A DNA stretch of 31,592 bases from Elusimicrobiota bacterium (GCA_043819795.1 JBDREN010000114.1:1-31592); one strand, 5' to 3'. Counted from the first letter of the stretch, positions 1 through 9,531 are shown. Numbers and translations: made by a program. The notes: a model not told the origin generated them from the letters alone.

Positions 1-319
1 TCACTCGAATCTACGATCCGGAGCAATGGCGGGCCTACTGGGCGAAGCTCCTCGACCTTCATGGCCGATGCCGTGTCACAAACTACTCGCTGAGCTTCTC
101 GGTTTTATGAACTCGTGTACGACTGTGGGACACTATTAATATTCCTGGTTTCATGGTCTTATCCATGTCCTCCCTGAACGCATTGTCCTGTCCAGTTCAA
201 ATTGAAACATGAAGTGGTCCGGTTCTACTAAGTAGGCAAGATTAGCGCCTTTCGGCACGGCTTCGCGCTCAAACATTCCTTCCTGAGTCAGTATACCCCG
301 CCTGCGTGAGTTGTGCAAT

Positions 320-343
320 CCTGTTTTGACGCCTGTTTTGACG
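320..343. repeat. 12-bp tandem duplication (CCTGTTTTGACG x2)
   Basis: Exact copies at 320-331 and 332-343, followed by a partial CCGTTT. Confidence 0.85.
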
Positions 344-461
344 CCGTTTCGGCCCCGCGACGCGGCGTAGAGCCCGGATTCGCCCAGGACCAGCCGCGTC
401 AGCGACCACCAGTCGCGCTGTAGGAGTATCCCACTGGAGGCACCGATTGATCTTGTATCGC

Positions 462-968
462 TCATAGGAACTGGTCGAACTCTCCGTTCAACTTGAACGC
501 CTCCTTCAGCCTCTTGAGAACCGGGTCCTGGGGCCTCGTGTGCTTCATTTCATAGGCCGATATGCTGGCCTTGCAGACCCCGATAATCTTGGCCAACTCG
601 AACTGCCGGAGCCCCTTCCTGATCCTGAAATTCCGAAGCCAGGAGCCGAAGTCCGAGACCGGCGCCAACAGATCGAAGGCGTCCGCACCCTCCGGGAAGG
701 CGTCGGCTAGGCTCCCGCGGAAGTAAGACAGGAGCTTGCCCATCGCGTCCGGCCGCATCCCCGCCTTGCCACGCTCCAGCTTGCAGATGGTGGCGCGGCT
801 TACGCCGGTGCGCTGTTCCAGGTCCACAATGGTCAGGCCCTGACGCTTCCTTAGGAAGCGAAGACGGCCGCCGAGAGGGAGTTTTTCCAGGTCAGGCGAG
901 ACGAACATCGTATTTCTGACGGTTTTTTCAACGGATAATTTCTTACCCTCTGCGTCCTTGTGGGGCAA
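462..968 (-). CDS. XRE/Cro-C1 family regulator with two tandem HTH domains
   Basis: Two HTH_3-like units: LRFLRKRQGLTIVDLEQRTGVSRATICKLERG and LRNFRIRKGLRQFELAKIIGVCKASISAYE. TTG start at 968; alternative ATG at 908. Confidence 0.85.
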   Translation of the reverse strand: MPHKDAEGKKLSVEKTVRNTMFVSPDLEKLPLGGRLRFLRKRQGLTIVDLEQRTGVSRATICKLERGKAGMRPDAMGKLLSYFRGSLADAFPEGADAFDLLAPVSDFGSWLRNFRIRKGLRQFELAKIIGVCKASISAYEMKHTRPQDPVLKRLKEAFKLNGEFDQFL

Positions 969-1048
969 AATTTAGCCTCAGCCCTTCTCGTCACGGAAGG
1001 GCTATTGCTTCGCCAGGCCGACGCGCCCCCCCCCCGCGACCATAGACA

Positions 1049-1078
1049 GAATCCCCCCGGCCAGGGCTGAGGGGATTC
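1049..1078 (-). terminator. GC-rich hairpin downstream of catalase, possible intrinsic terminator
   Basis: GAATCCCC (1049-1056) pairs with GGGGATTC (1071-1078), with an imperfect inner stem; ~25 nt past the catalase stop; U-tail weak. Confidence 0.45.
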
Positions 1079-1103
1079 CATTACCGAATGCGAGCCGACA
1101 GTC

Positions 1104-2597
1104 TCAGGCCCGGACCCGCCGCTTCAAGCGACTGGGGTGGTACCCGTTGCGGCTCACGGCCTTGAGACCTCTTGCGATGCGCTCGCCGTAGTCCGGGTCG
1201 GCCTTGCGGAAGTGCGCGACCATCTTGGCCTGGATGCGCGCCGGCACGTTCTTGAGGGTGCCGACGATGTTCGCCGCCAGGCGCGCCTTCTCCCCCGCGC
1301 TCATCAAACGGTAGAGGTTGCCCGGCTGGACGTAGTCGTCGTCCACCCCCCGCTTCTGCTCATAGCGGTCCGCATCGCCCGAGATCTTGAGCGGCGGCTC
1401 ATGAAACCTGGGATCCGCCTGCGGTCCGCCGAAGCTGTTCGGCTCGTAGTTCGGGGAGGGCCCGCCGTTGTCATCGAAACGCATAAGACCGTCCCGCTGA
1501 TAGGTGTTCGCCGGGGCATGGCGCGGCCGGTTGACGGGCAGGCGCTCGAAGTTCACCCCTAGGCGATACCGGTGGGCGTCGGCATAAGCGAAGATGCGCG
1601 CCTGAAGCATCTTGCACGGCGACCAGGAGATGCCGGGCACCATGTTCGCGGGGGAAAAGGCGGCCTGCTCGATCTCCGCGAAGTAGTTCTGCGGGTTGCG
1701 GTTGAGCTCCAAGATGCCGACCTCCTTGAGCGGATAGTCCTTGTGGGGCCAGACCTTGGTCAGATCGAAGGGATTCCAGCGGTAGTCCTCGGCCTCGGCT
1801 TCGGGCATCACCTGGACGTAGAGCTTCCACTTCGGCCGCTCGCCCCGCTTGATCGCGTTGAAGAGCTCGTGGGTGTGGTAGTCCGGGTCGGAGCCGGCCA
1901 AGCGGGCCGCCACTTCAGGAGGCATGTTCTTGATCCCCTGCATGGTCTTGAAGTGGAACTTCACCCAGAAGCGCTCGTTCTTGGCGTTGATGAAGCTGTA
2001 GGTGTGACTCCCATAGCCGTTCATGTAGGGGATCCCCAGGGGAATGCCACGGTCCGAGAAGAGGATCGTGAGCTGATGCAGGGCCTCGGGGACCTGCGAC
2101 CAGAAATCCCACTGAGGGGTGTCGTCTTTCACGTTCGTCTGCGGATCGCGCTTCTGGGTATGGATGAAGTCCGGGAACTTCGCCGCGTCCCGGATGAAGA
2201 AGGTCGGGGTGTTGTTGCCCACCAAGTCCCAGTTGCCTTCCTCGGTATAGAACTTGAGAGCGAATCCCCTCACGTCGCGCACCGTGTCGGCCGAACCCTT
2301 CTCGCCGGCGACGGTCGAGAAGCGTCCCACGAACTCGGTCTTCTTGCCGATCTTGGAGAAGATCTTCGCCTTGGTGTATTTCGTGATATCCTTGGTGACC
2401 CGGAAGGTCCCCATCGCCCCCGCCGCCTTCGCATGGACGACCCGCTCGGGGATGCGCTCCCGGTTGAAGTGGGCCAGCTTCTCGGTAACGAAATGGTCCT
2501 GCATCAACGTCGGTCCCCGCTCCCCCGCGGTCAATGACGTCTGGTTGTCCGGCACGGGGATACCCGCGGCCGTGGTCATTCTCTTGGTCTTGTTCAT
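1104..2597 (-). CDS. katA: Monofunctional heme catalase, small subunit
   Basis: [14 protein letters not shown] (distal His), [37 protein letters not shown] (proximal Tyr); 497 aa; SD GGAGGTGA upstream. Confidence 0.97.
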   Translation of the reverse strand: MNKTKRMTTAAGIPVPDNQTSLTAGERGPTLMQDHFVTEKLAHFNRERIPERVVHAKAAGAMGTFRVTKDITKYTKAKIFSKIGKKTEFVGRFSTVAGEKGSADTVRDVRGFALKFYTEEGNWDLVGNNTPTFFIRDAAKFPDFIHTQKRDPQTNVKDDTPQWDFWSQVPEALHQLTILFSDRGIPLGIPYMNGYGSHTYSFINAKNERFWVKFHFKTMQGIKNMPPEVAARLAGSDPDYHTHELFNAIKRGERPKWKLYVQVMPEAEAEDYRWNPFDLTKVWPHKDYPLKEVGILELNRNPQNYFAEIEQAAFSPANMVPGISWSPCKMLQARIFAYADAHRYRLGVNFERLPVNRPRHAPANTYQRDGLMRFDDNGGPSPNYEPNSFGGPQADPRFHEPPLKISGDADRYEQKRGVDDDYVQPGNLYRLMSAGEKARLAANIVGTLKNVPARIQAKMVAHFRKADPDYGERIARGLKAVSRNGYHPSRLKRRVRA

Positions 2598-2727
2598 AGC
2601 CTCACCTCCGTTATCGTGCGCACCTCGACTGCCTCACCTAGCAACCCCATCTTGCCTAAGCCTACAACATCCGCGCGACAATGGGAACCCCGCTGGATCA
2701 AGGCTTTCGGACTCTGAACCGCGTCTT

Positions 2728-2790
2728 CCATATCCCATATAATTCCCATATAGGATGTATTCCTATTTATTTGCTGGCCTATATATATAC
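2728..2790. promoter_or_regulatory. AT-rich katA upstream region with palindrome ATAGGA-N5-TCCTAT and three CCATAT repeats
   Basis: Palindrome at 2750-2766; CCATAT at 2728, 2735 and 2746; strongly AT-rich relative to the flanks. Confidence 0.5.
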
Positions 2791-2844
2791 AGCGATTCTG
2801 GAGGCTTTGGAGCGTGTCCTTCGCGCGCACCCAGGCCGCTTGCC

Positions 2845-3474
2845 GGTCGGCTCGACCCGAAAGCGGACGCGGAAGAGCATATCATGCAGCGGGAGGACAT
2901 GACGCCCAAAGAGATGGACGCGATCCTGAACAAGAAATCCGGCATCCTGGGCATCACCCAGCGCTACGTGGACCGGCGCGACGTGCTCGAGGCGGCTGGA
3001 AAGGGCGACGCCAGGGCCCAGCTCGCTCTCGATATCGAGGCGTACCGGATCAAGAAATACATCGGCGCCTACGCGGCGGCCTTGGGCCGCGTGGACGCCG
3101 TCGTGTTCACCGCCGGCGTCGGAGAGATGTCGTCGGTCATACGGTCCCAGGCCCTGCAGGACCTGGAATGCCTGGGCATCGAGATCGACGAGGACAGAAA
3201 CGAGCTCGCCAAGACGAGGAACGCCGAATGCGTCATATCGGCCGACGAATCAAAGGTGAGGGTCTTCGTGATACCGACCGATGAGGAGCACGTCATGATC
3301 GAGGATGTCGCGGCCCTGATCGAGGGAGCATACGACGTCCATACGGACTTCACCTACCGGTTCCAATCCAAAGACTATAGGAACTCCCACCGCGACGCCG
3401 AGTTCGAGCGGGAATGCACAACGGACGAGTCCCTGCGATGGGTCTCGGCCTCGCCGCCGTACTGGTTCCCCTGA
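2845..3474 (+). pseudogene. ackA: 5'-truncated acetate kinase (C-terminal part only)
   Basis: LNKKSGILG, YRIKKYIGAY, VFTAGVGE and VIPTDEE motifs present. Similarity starts at GRLDP (~2845); the N-terminal NxGSSS ATP loop and YGFHG motif are absent and upstream DNA is AT-rich non-coding. Confidence 0.85.
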
Positions 3475-3490
3475 GGGGCGACCCGCAGCT

Positions 3491-3565
3491 GGGCCCTCCG
3501 GGCCCGGTGGCTCGGCTCGCCCCAGACGATTTCGCCATCCGAAATACTTTTGCCACGGACTGCTA
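3491..3565. mobile_element. Partial MITE/REP-like element, copy 1 (hairpin + right end)
   Basis: GGGCCC-TCC-GGGCCC hairpin; 3512-3541 identical to 17977-18006; reverse complement of 3522-3562 matches 17876-17916 at 31/41 positions ungapped. Confidence 0.6.
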
Positions 3566-3715
3566 CGGCATCACGAATCAGCCCAGGACTCCTAATCCAG
3601 CCGCGCCTTGAGCTTGTCGGCCTGCTGCAAAAGTTAGGCGCCCGTTTGTCATCAGGTACTCTTGATAACCACGTGGATAATGTTCTATTTTGAGGCTGCA
3701 ATCAGGGAATCGGGA

Positions 3716-4582
3716 ATGGTATCCATAAAAGTCCTTCTCGTGGACGACGAAGAGGAGCTGCTCGACACACTCGGCAAGCGCCTCAATAAACGGGGCTTCG
3801 CCGTGACCACCGCCGTGAGCGGCGAGGAGGCCCTGGCCGAGTTGCAGGCCGGCGACCACGATGTGGTGATCCTGGACGTCTTCATGCCCGGCAAGGGCGG
3901 CATCGAGACCCTGAAAGAGATGAAAGTCATGAAGCCTCTCGCCGAGGTGATCATGCTCTCCGGGCAGGCCACCCTCGAATTGGCGATCGAGGGCATGCAG
4001 CACGGCGCCTTCGACTTCCTCGTCAAGCCCGCGGCCATGGGGGACCTGGTCGAGAAAATCAACAAGGCCTATGCCCGCAAGGTCGACCACGACGAACGCA
4101 TCCGCAAGGCCGGCTTCGTCAAAGAGCATATCCTGGCCGCACCCTCCGGGGACCGGGAGGCCGCCGACAAGCCGGCCGGGCTCTCCGGCCTGCCGGCCGA
4201 CTCGCACCGTCTGCTCGTCATCGGCCGCGACAGCGATTTCCCCCGGGAGCTGATAGAATACGCGCTGGACCTGTCCAAGCGGATGTCGTACGCCATCCTG
4301 GCTCTGAACGCCGCCGGGTTCGACAGCGGGTCATTCAAGCATTTCCCGGCCGCCCGGCAGCGCGTGTGCCGGGATTTCCAGGAGATCTCGGAGAAGAACG
4401 CGGCCTTTTTCGAGCGGCTGGCCCGGAAGGAATCGATCCCGTTCGCCCATGTGGTGAAATTTTGCGGGCACGACGAGGCAATCGCCGAAATCGTGAGCGA
4501 GGCGGGGCACGTCGACTATGCGGTCTCGGAATCCGAGGAAGGACCGGAGAAGGGGCAGATCGTCGCCTATTGCCCCGTATAG
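3716..4582 (+). CDS. Response regulator: receiver domain + C-terminal universal-stress-protein-like domain
   Basis: VLLVDDE, VILDVFMPG, MLSG, LVKP. C-terminal RLLVIG...LIEYALDLSKRMSYAILALN...FERLARKESIPFAHVVKF resembles a USP fold. Start moved to ATG 3716. Confidence 0.8.
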   Translation: MVSIKVLLVDDEEELLDTLGKRLNKRGFAVTTAVSGEEALAELQAGDHDVVILDVFMPGKGGIETLKEMKVMKPLAEVIMLSGQATLELAIEGMQHGAFDFLVKPAAMGDLVEKINKAYARKVDHDERIRKAGFVKEHILAAPSGDREAADKPAGLSGLPADSHRLLVIGRDSDFPRELIEYALDLSKRMSYAILALNAAGFDSGSFKHFPAARQRVCRDFQEISEKNAAFFERLARKESIPFAHVVKFCGHDEAIAEIVSEAGHVDYAVSESEEGPEKGQIVAYCPV

Positions 4583-4597
4583 GCGGGCCGAGCGCTG

Positions 4598-4693
4598 ATG
4601 GACATCCACTTCTTTTTGAAGCTCTCCCTGATCCTCTTCATCTTTCTCCTCTGCTATTTCTTCCGCCGAGAGAACGCGGAGAAGGAGCGGTAG
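4598..4693 (+). CDS. Putative 31-aa single-pass membrane peptide (MDIHFFLKLSLILFIFLLCYFFRRENAEKER)
   Basis: Translated by hand; fills the intergenic gap in operon orientation; hydrophobic stretch followed by RR and a charged tail; weak RBS. Confidence 0.55.
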   Translation: MDIHFFLKLSLILFIFLLCYFFRRENAEKER

Positions 4694-4705
4694 CCCGGCG
4701 CGGAC

Positions 4706-6520
4706 ATGACCCCCGAGATGATCCTGACGATGACCGTGCTGGCCTTCGCCATATGCCTTTTCGTCTTCGAATGGGTCCGGGTGGACGTGGTCGGGATCAT
4801 CATGATGGTCATGCTGCCCCTGCTCGGGCTGATCTCCCCCAAGGAAGCCTTCGTGGGCCTGAGCAGCAACGCGGTGTGCTCGATCATCGCCGTGATCATC
4901 ATCGGGGCGGGGCTCGACAAGACCGGCGTAATGAACCAGATGGCGCGCCCCATCATCAAGCTGGCCGGCAAGAGCGAGAAGCGGATCCTGGTCCTGATCT
5001 CCGGCACCGTGGGCGTCATCTCCAGCATGATGCAGAACATCGGCGCGGCCGCCCTGTTCCTGCCCGCGACCCTGCGCATCTCCAAGCGCGTCGCGGTCCC
5101 GGCGTCCCGGATACTCATGCCCATGGGCTTCTGCGCCATCATCGGAGGCACCATCACCCTGGTCGGCGCCAGCCCCACCATCCTCTTGAACGACCTCCTG
5201 GTGCTGGAAGGCAGGCAGCTGGAGCCCTTCGGCCTGTTCACGCAGACGCCCATCGGGATCTGCCTGCTGGGCTCCGCCCTTCTCTACTTCGGCCTTTTCG
5301 GCCGCTACGTGCTGCCCGCGGGCGGCGGCGACGACGACAAGGGCGTGACGGCGGCGCTTCTCGAGGAGTACCGGGCTCTGGAGACCATCTTCGAGATCAG
5401 GCTCCCGAAGGGAAAAGCCGACCGCCGGACATTGGCGGAGATGGCCCTCCGGCGGCGTTTTCTCGTCACCGTGGTGGCCATCCACCGCGCCGGCCAGAAG
5501 AAGAACATCCTCGTCCCGCGCAGCACGGACCTCATCGAAGCCGACGACACGTTGGCCGTCGTCGGCAGGGAAAGGAACATCCGCAGGCTCGCCGAGGAAC
5601 ACGGCTGGCAGCTCAAGGAAGGCCTGGAGGTGTTCGCCGAGGAGCTCTCCCGGACAAGCGCCGGCATGGCCGAGACGATCGTCTCCCCCCGGTCGGCGAT
5701 CATCGGCCGGACCATGCGGGAATCCAACCTCAAGGGGCGCTTCCAGCTCAATCCCATCGCTTTGGTCCGGGGCAGGAAGGCCTTCTACAGCGGCCACACG
5801 CAGATCCCGCTGCAGATGGGAGACACCATCCTCATGCAGGGCCAATGGGCGCACTTCCACCACCTCAAGAACCTCCCCCAGCCCCGGGTCCTGACGTTCT
5901 CGTCCCCCCTGGAGGGAGAGATCCTGCGCCCGCAGAAGGCCAAGCTGGCCGTGTTCTGGCTGACGGTCGCCCTGGCCCAGATCGTATTTTTCAAGGTCAC
6001 CCTGTCCGTTGCGCTCATGTCGGGAGCCCTGGGCATGATCGTGACCGGCGTCCTCTCCATCGACGAGGCCTACCGTTCCGTGGACTGGATGACGGTGTTC
6101 CTGCTCGCCGGGCTCATCCCCCTGGGCATTGCCTTCGAGAAGACCGGCACGGCCGCTTTCATCGCCCACGGCATCCTCGGGCTCATCGGGCAGCCGGCGC
6201 CCATCATCCTGTTGGCCGTGGTCGGGATCATTACGTCGTTCTTTACCCTGGTGATCTCCAACGTGGGGGCCACGGTACTGCTGGTGCCCCTGTGCATGAA
6301 CATGGCGGTCATGGCGGGCGCCGACCCGCGCATGGCCGCGCTCGTGGTCGGGCTGTCGGCCTCGAACACGTTCATCCTGCCCACGCACCAGGTCAACGCC
6401 CTGATCATGCGGCCCGGGGGCTATCGCACCGTGGACTACGCCAAGGCCGGAGCGATCATGACCGTCCTCTTCCTCGCCGTCGAGCTGACGGTCATCTATT
6501 TCTTCTATGGGATCAACTGA
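4706..6520 (+). CDS. SLC13/CitMHS-type anion permease with central TrkA-C (RCK_C) domains
   Basis: Many TM helices; SSMMQNIGAAALFLP, GGTITLVGASPTILLND, VISNVGATVLLVP, FILPTHQVNALIM; soluble central region with TrkA-C-like patterns. Confidence 0.9.
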   Translation: MTPEMILTMTVLAFAICLFVFEWVRVDVVGIIMMVMLPLLGLISPKEAFVGLSSNAVCSIIAVIIIGAGLDKTGVMNQMARPIIKLAGKSEKRILVLISGTVGVISSMMQNIGAAALFLPATLRISKRVAVPASRILMPMGFCAIIGGTITLVGASPTILLNDLLVLEGRQLEPFGLFTQTPIGICLLGSALLYFGLFGRYVLPAGGGDDDKGVTAALLEEYRALETIFEIRLPKGKADRRTLAEMALRRRFLVTVVAIHRAGQKKNILVPRSTDLIEADDTLAVVGRERNIRRLAEEHGWQLKEGLEVFAEELSRTSAGMAETIVSPRSAIIGRTMRESNLKGRFQLNPIALVRGRKAFYSGHTQIPLQMGDTILMQGQWAHFHHLKNLPQPRVLTFSSPLEGEILRPQKAKLAVFWLTVALAQIVFFKVTLSVALMSGALGMIVTGVLSIDEAYRSVDWMTVFLLAGLIPLGIAFEKTGTAAFIAHGILGLIGQPAPIILLAVVGIITSFFTLVISNVGATVLLVPLCMNMAVMAGADPRMAALVVGLSASNTFILPTHQVNALIMRPGGYRTVDYAKAGAIMTVLFLAVELTVIYFFYGIN

Positions 6521-6542
6521 GGCCTGACCGGAGAAACGAAAA

Positions 6543-7775
6543 GTGGCCAACGTAGCGATATTCAGCGGGACCCATTGCCACGGCGAGGCGGTCGCCCGGG
6601 CCGTGGCGGAGGAGCTCGGATACGGGAGGATCGAAGAGACGCTGATCGAAGAAGCCTCCCGGCGCTTCGCGATCTCCAAAGATAAGCTCATCCGCGCCAT
6701 GACCGGCCCCCCGCCCTTCTGGAACAATTTCACGCGCGAAAGAGAGAAAAACGTCGCGCGCCTGAAAGCGGCCCTCGCCGACCTGCTCCTGGAGGACGAC
6801 CGGCTGATCCACGGCTACGCCGCGCACCTGGTCCCGAGCGCCGTCTCGAACATCCTCCGCGTCTGCGTCATCGCCAACTTTCCCTATCGGGTCGAGCAGG
6901 CCATGCGGGCGACGGGCAGGCCCGAAAAGGAAGCGGCCAAGACCGTCCGCAAGGACGACGAGCAGAGTCTGGGATGGACGCGCCACCTCTTCGAGAAGGC
7001 GCCCTACGACGAGAAGCTCTACGACCTGACCGTGCCGATGCAGAAGTCCTCGGTCGAAGAGGCGGCGAAGCTCGTCTGCGAAACGGCGCGGAGCTCCTCG
7101 CTCGAGACTACGGACATCGCTCGCCTCGCGGCGAGGGACTTCCAACTCGCCGCCCGGGTCAACCTCGCCTTGGCGGAGGCCAACCACGACGTGGACGTGA
7201 GCGCCCGGCACGAGGAGGTCACCGTCTCGCTGAAGCACCACGTCATGCGGCTGAAGTCATACCAGGAGGAGCTCACGCGCGTCGCGCGGGGAGTGTCCGG
7301 AGTCAAGGGAGTCCAAGTCGAATTGGGGCCCAAGTACCGGGCCCCGGGGATAGGGATGAGCGCTAATATAGAACTACCGCCCAAGATCCTGCTCGTGGAT
7401 GATGAGAAGGAGTTCGTTCAGTCTCTCTCCGAGCGCCTGAAGAAGCGCAACCTGGAGTCCACCGTCGTCTATGACGGCAAGGAGGCTCTCGAGCTCGCGA
7501 AGACCGACCAGCCGGACGTCGTAGTGCTCGACCTAATGATGCCCGGCATCGACGGCATCGAGGTCCTGCGGCGCCTGAAGAGCGCTCATTCCAACATCGA
7601 GGTCATCATCCTGACGGGCCACGGCTCGGAGCAGGAGGAGAAGCTCGCGGCCGACCTGGGGGCGTTCGCCTATCTGCAGAAGCCGGTCAACATCGAGGTT
7701 CTAGCCCAGGTCATGAGGGACGCGTACAAGAAGGTGAGCGAGGCCAAACGATCCGGGCAGGATAAGAAAGACTAG
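6543..7775 (+). CDS. Cytidylate-kinase-like domain + BON-like domain + C-terminal receiver
   Basis: N-terminal AIFSGTHCHGEAVARAVAEELGY, LRVCVIANFPYRVEQ, YDLTV; middle DVDVSARHEEVTV...VARGVSGVKGVQV; receiver ILLVDDE/VLDLMMPG/LTGHG/LQKP; GTG start. Confidence 0.8.
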   Translation: MANVAIFSGTHCHGEAVARAVAEELGYGRIEETLIEEASRRFAISKDKLIRAMTGPPPFWNNFTREREKNVARLKAALADLLLEDDRLIHGYAAHLVPSAVSNILRVCVIANFPYRVEQAMRATGRPEKEAAKTVRKDDEQSLGWTRHLFEKAPYDEKLYDLTVPMQKSSVEEAAKLVCETARSSSLETTDIARLAARDFQLAARVNLALAEANHDVDVSARHEEVTVSLKHHVMRLKSYQEELTRVARGVSGVKGVQVELGPKYRAPGIGMSANIELPPKILLVDDEKEFVQSLSERLKKRNLESTVVYDGKEALELAKTDQPDVVVLDLMMPGIDGIEVLRRLKSAHSNIEVIILTGHGSEQEEKLAADLGAFAYLQKPVNIEVLAQVMRDAYKKVSEAKRSGQDKKD

Positions 7776-7812
7776 CCGGGGCCGGCGGACGAGCCGTCCG
7801 CGGGGAGAGCGC

Positions 7813-9531
7813 GTGCCGAAAGAAGAATACATCGGGATCAAGAAGCCCGCCCGCAAGGAGGAGTCGGGGCGGGAGGAGGCCCGCTACCGGAGCCTCTGGC
7901 GGCTGTCCGTCATCGTCACGTCCCTCGTGGCCATCATCCCCCTGCTGATTATGACCGGGGTCGACTACGTCCACGACCGGGAAGCATCCCGGATCGAGAG
8001 CGGCCTCTCCGTCAACCGCATACTCTCCACGAACAAGCGCAGCCTGGAAGTCGCCCTGGAGGAACGTCTCGGCGCGCTCTCCCTCGTCCTGAGCGAAAAC
8101 TCCTACCGGGCCCTGGCGAACGACGCCGGCCTGTCCGCGCGGCTGCGGCACCTCCAGGTGGCCTTCGGCGGTTTCGTGGATCTCGGGGTCATAGGCTCCG
8201 ACGGAGTCCAGATCGCGTACAGCGGCCCGTACGACCTCAAGGGGAAGAGCTACCAGAGCCAGGACTGGTTCCACGAAGCGCTTCTCCGCGGGACATGCGT
8301 CAGCGACGTCTTCATGGGGTATCGCAACTTCCCCCACATCGTCATCGCCCGCCGGCATCCGAAGGACGGCAACGGAGTCTTCATCCTCAAGGCGACCCTG
8401 GACATGAACCTGCTCAAAAGCCGGCTGCATGACCTAGAGCTCGACATCCAAACGGACGCGTTCCTCATCAACAAGGAGGGCGTGCTGCAGACCCCATCCG
8501 CATCCCACGGCCCCGCGCTGAAGAAGGTCGACCTCGGCATCCCTCCCCGGCTGCGCGGCGCCAAGGTCGTGCAGGAGCGGCGCGCGGACGGCGCCCGAGT
8601 GACCTCCGGCTACGCCGCCATCGAGAAGACTCCGTTCACCCTCGTCGTCATCAAGCGCCAGGCCAATCCGTTCGACGCCTGGCTCAGGCACCGCCCCGCC
8701 ATGCTCTGGTTCCTCGGGATCAGCATCGCCATGATCCTCGCGGTGGTGCTCTTCAGCTCGCGCCGGATGGTCACCAGCCTCCGCGAGGCGGACGCGCGCC
8801 GCGCCAAGGCGCTCCACGACCTCGAGTACACCAACAAGCTGGCGACCATAGGCCGCATGGCGGCCAGCGTGGCCCATGAGATCAACAATCCCCTGGCCAT
8901 CATCAACGAGGACGCCGGCCTCCTCCAGGATATGGCGACATTCGCGGAGGACCATCCCCAAAAAGAGAAGACCCTCAAGCTCGTCGACTCCATCCAGAGA
9001 TCGGTGCAGCGATGCGGCAACGTCACTCATCGCCTGCTAGGGTTCGCCAAGCGCATGGATATCCGGAGGGAGCCGATCTCTCTCGACAAGCTCATCGAGG
9101 AGGTCATCGGCTTCCAGCAGACCGAGGCGGTCCACCGCAACATCCGGATCGAATGCTCGTTCCCGGAGACGATCCCGCCGATCTTGAGCGACCGGGGAAA
9201 GCTGCAGCAGGTATTCCTCAACATCCTGAGCAACGCCTTGGCCGCCGTAGAGGACGGCGGAAGGATCGACATCCGCGTCACGCAGGTCGACAACAACCGC
9301 GAGGCCGTGATCATCAGCGACAACGGCACCGGCATATCCGACGACGACCTGGGCCACATATTCGAGCCCTTCTACTCCACAAAGGGCGAGTTCGGGACCG
9401 GCCTGGGGCTTTCCATCACCCGGGACATCGTGGCCAAGCTGGGAGGCACGATAGACGTCCGGAGCAAGGTCGGCAGAGGAACCAGCTTCATCGTGACGCT
9501 CCCTATCAAATCGAGGGACTATCAGGAGTAG
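7813..9531 (+). CDS. Membrane sensor histidine kinase with extracytoplasmic Cache-type domain (HK1)
   Basis: Two TM segments; H-box AHEINNP, N-box FLNILSNA, G1 SDNGTGI, F/G2 IFEPFYSTKGEFGTGLGL; GTG start with GGAG RBS. Confidence 0.93.
   Translation: MPKEEYIGIKKPARKEESGREEARYRSLWRLSVIVTSLVAIIPLLIMTGVDYVHDREASRIESGLSVNRILSTNKRSLEVALEERLGALSLVLSENSYRALANDAGLSARLRHLQVAFGGFVDLGVIGSDGVQIAYSGPYDLKGKSYQSQDWFHEALLRGTCVSDVFMGYRNFPHIVIARRHPKDGNGVFILKATLDMNLLKSRLHDLELDIQTDAFLINKEGVLQTPSASHGPALKKVDLGIPPRLRGAKVVQERRADGARVTSGYAAIEKTPFTLVVIKRQANPFDAWLRHRPAMLWFLGISIAMILAVVLFSSRRMVTSLREADARRAKALHDLEYTNKLATIGRMAASVAHEINNPLAIINEDAGLLQDMATFAEDHPQKEKTLKLVDSIQRSVQRCGNVTHRLLGFAKRMDIRREPISLDKLIEEVIGFQQTEAVHRNIRIECSFPETIPPILSDRGKLQQVFLNILSNALAAVEDGGRIDIRVTQVDNNREAVIISDNGTGISDDDLGHIFEPFYSTKGEFGTGLGLSITRDIVAKLGGTIDVRSKVGRGTSFIVTLPIKSRDYQE

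Noticed and set aside
151..465. 104-aa minus-strand ORF overlapping the XRE stop; LYAASRGRNGV faintly recalls a GGDEF C-terminus
   Set aside because: No other family motifs, atypical composition, and it spans a tandem DNA duplication; cannot be supported as a gene
1026..1035. C10 homopolymer, possible phase-variation tract upstream of the XRE gene
   Set aside because: Intergenic, no identifiable promoter around it, and unremarkable in high-GC DNA
2594..2830. 78-aa ORF whose stop overlaps the katA start
   Set aside because: Runs through the AT-rich regulatory region with no coding bias or motifs
4331..6733. Long antisense and alternate-frame ORFs (800 aa, 729 aa; likewise 11271-12710, 15413-17062, 26145-28199 and others)
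   Set aside because: Shadows of GC3-rich real genes; no domain motifs
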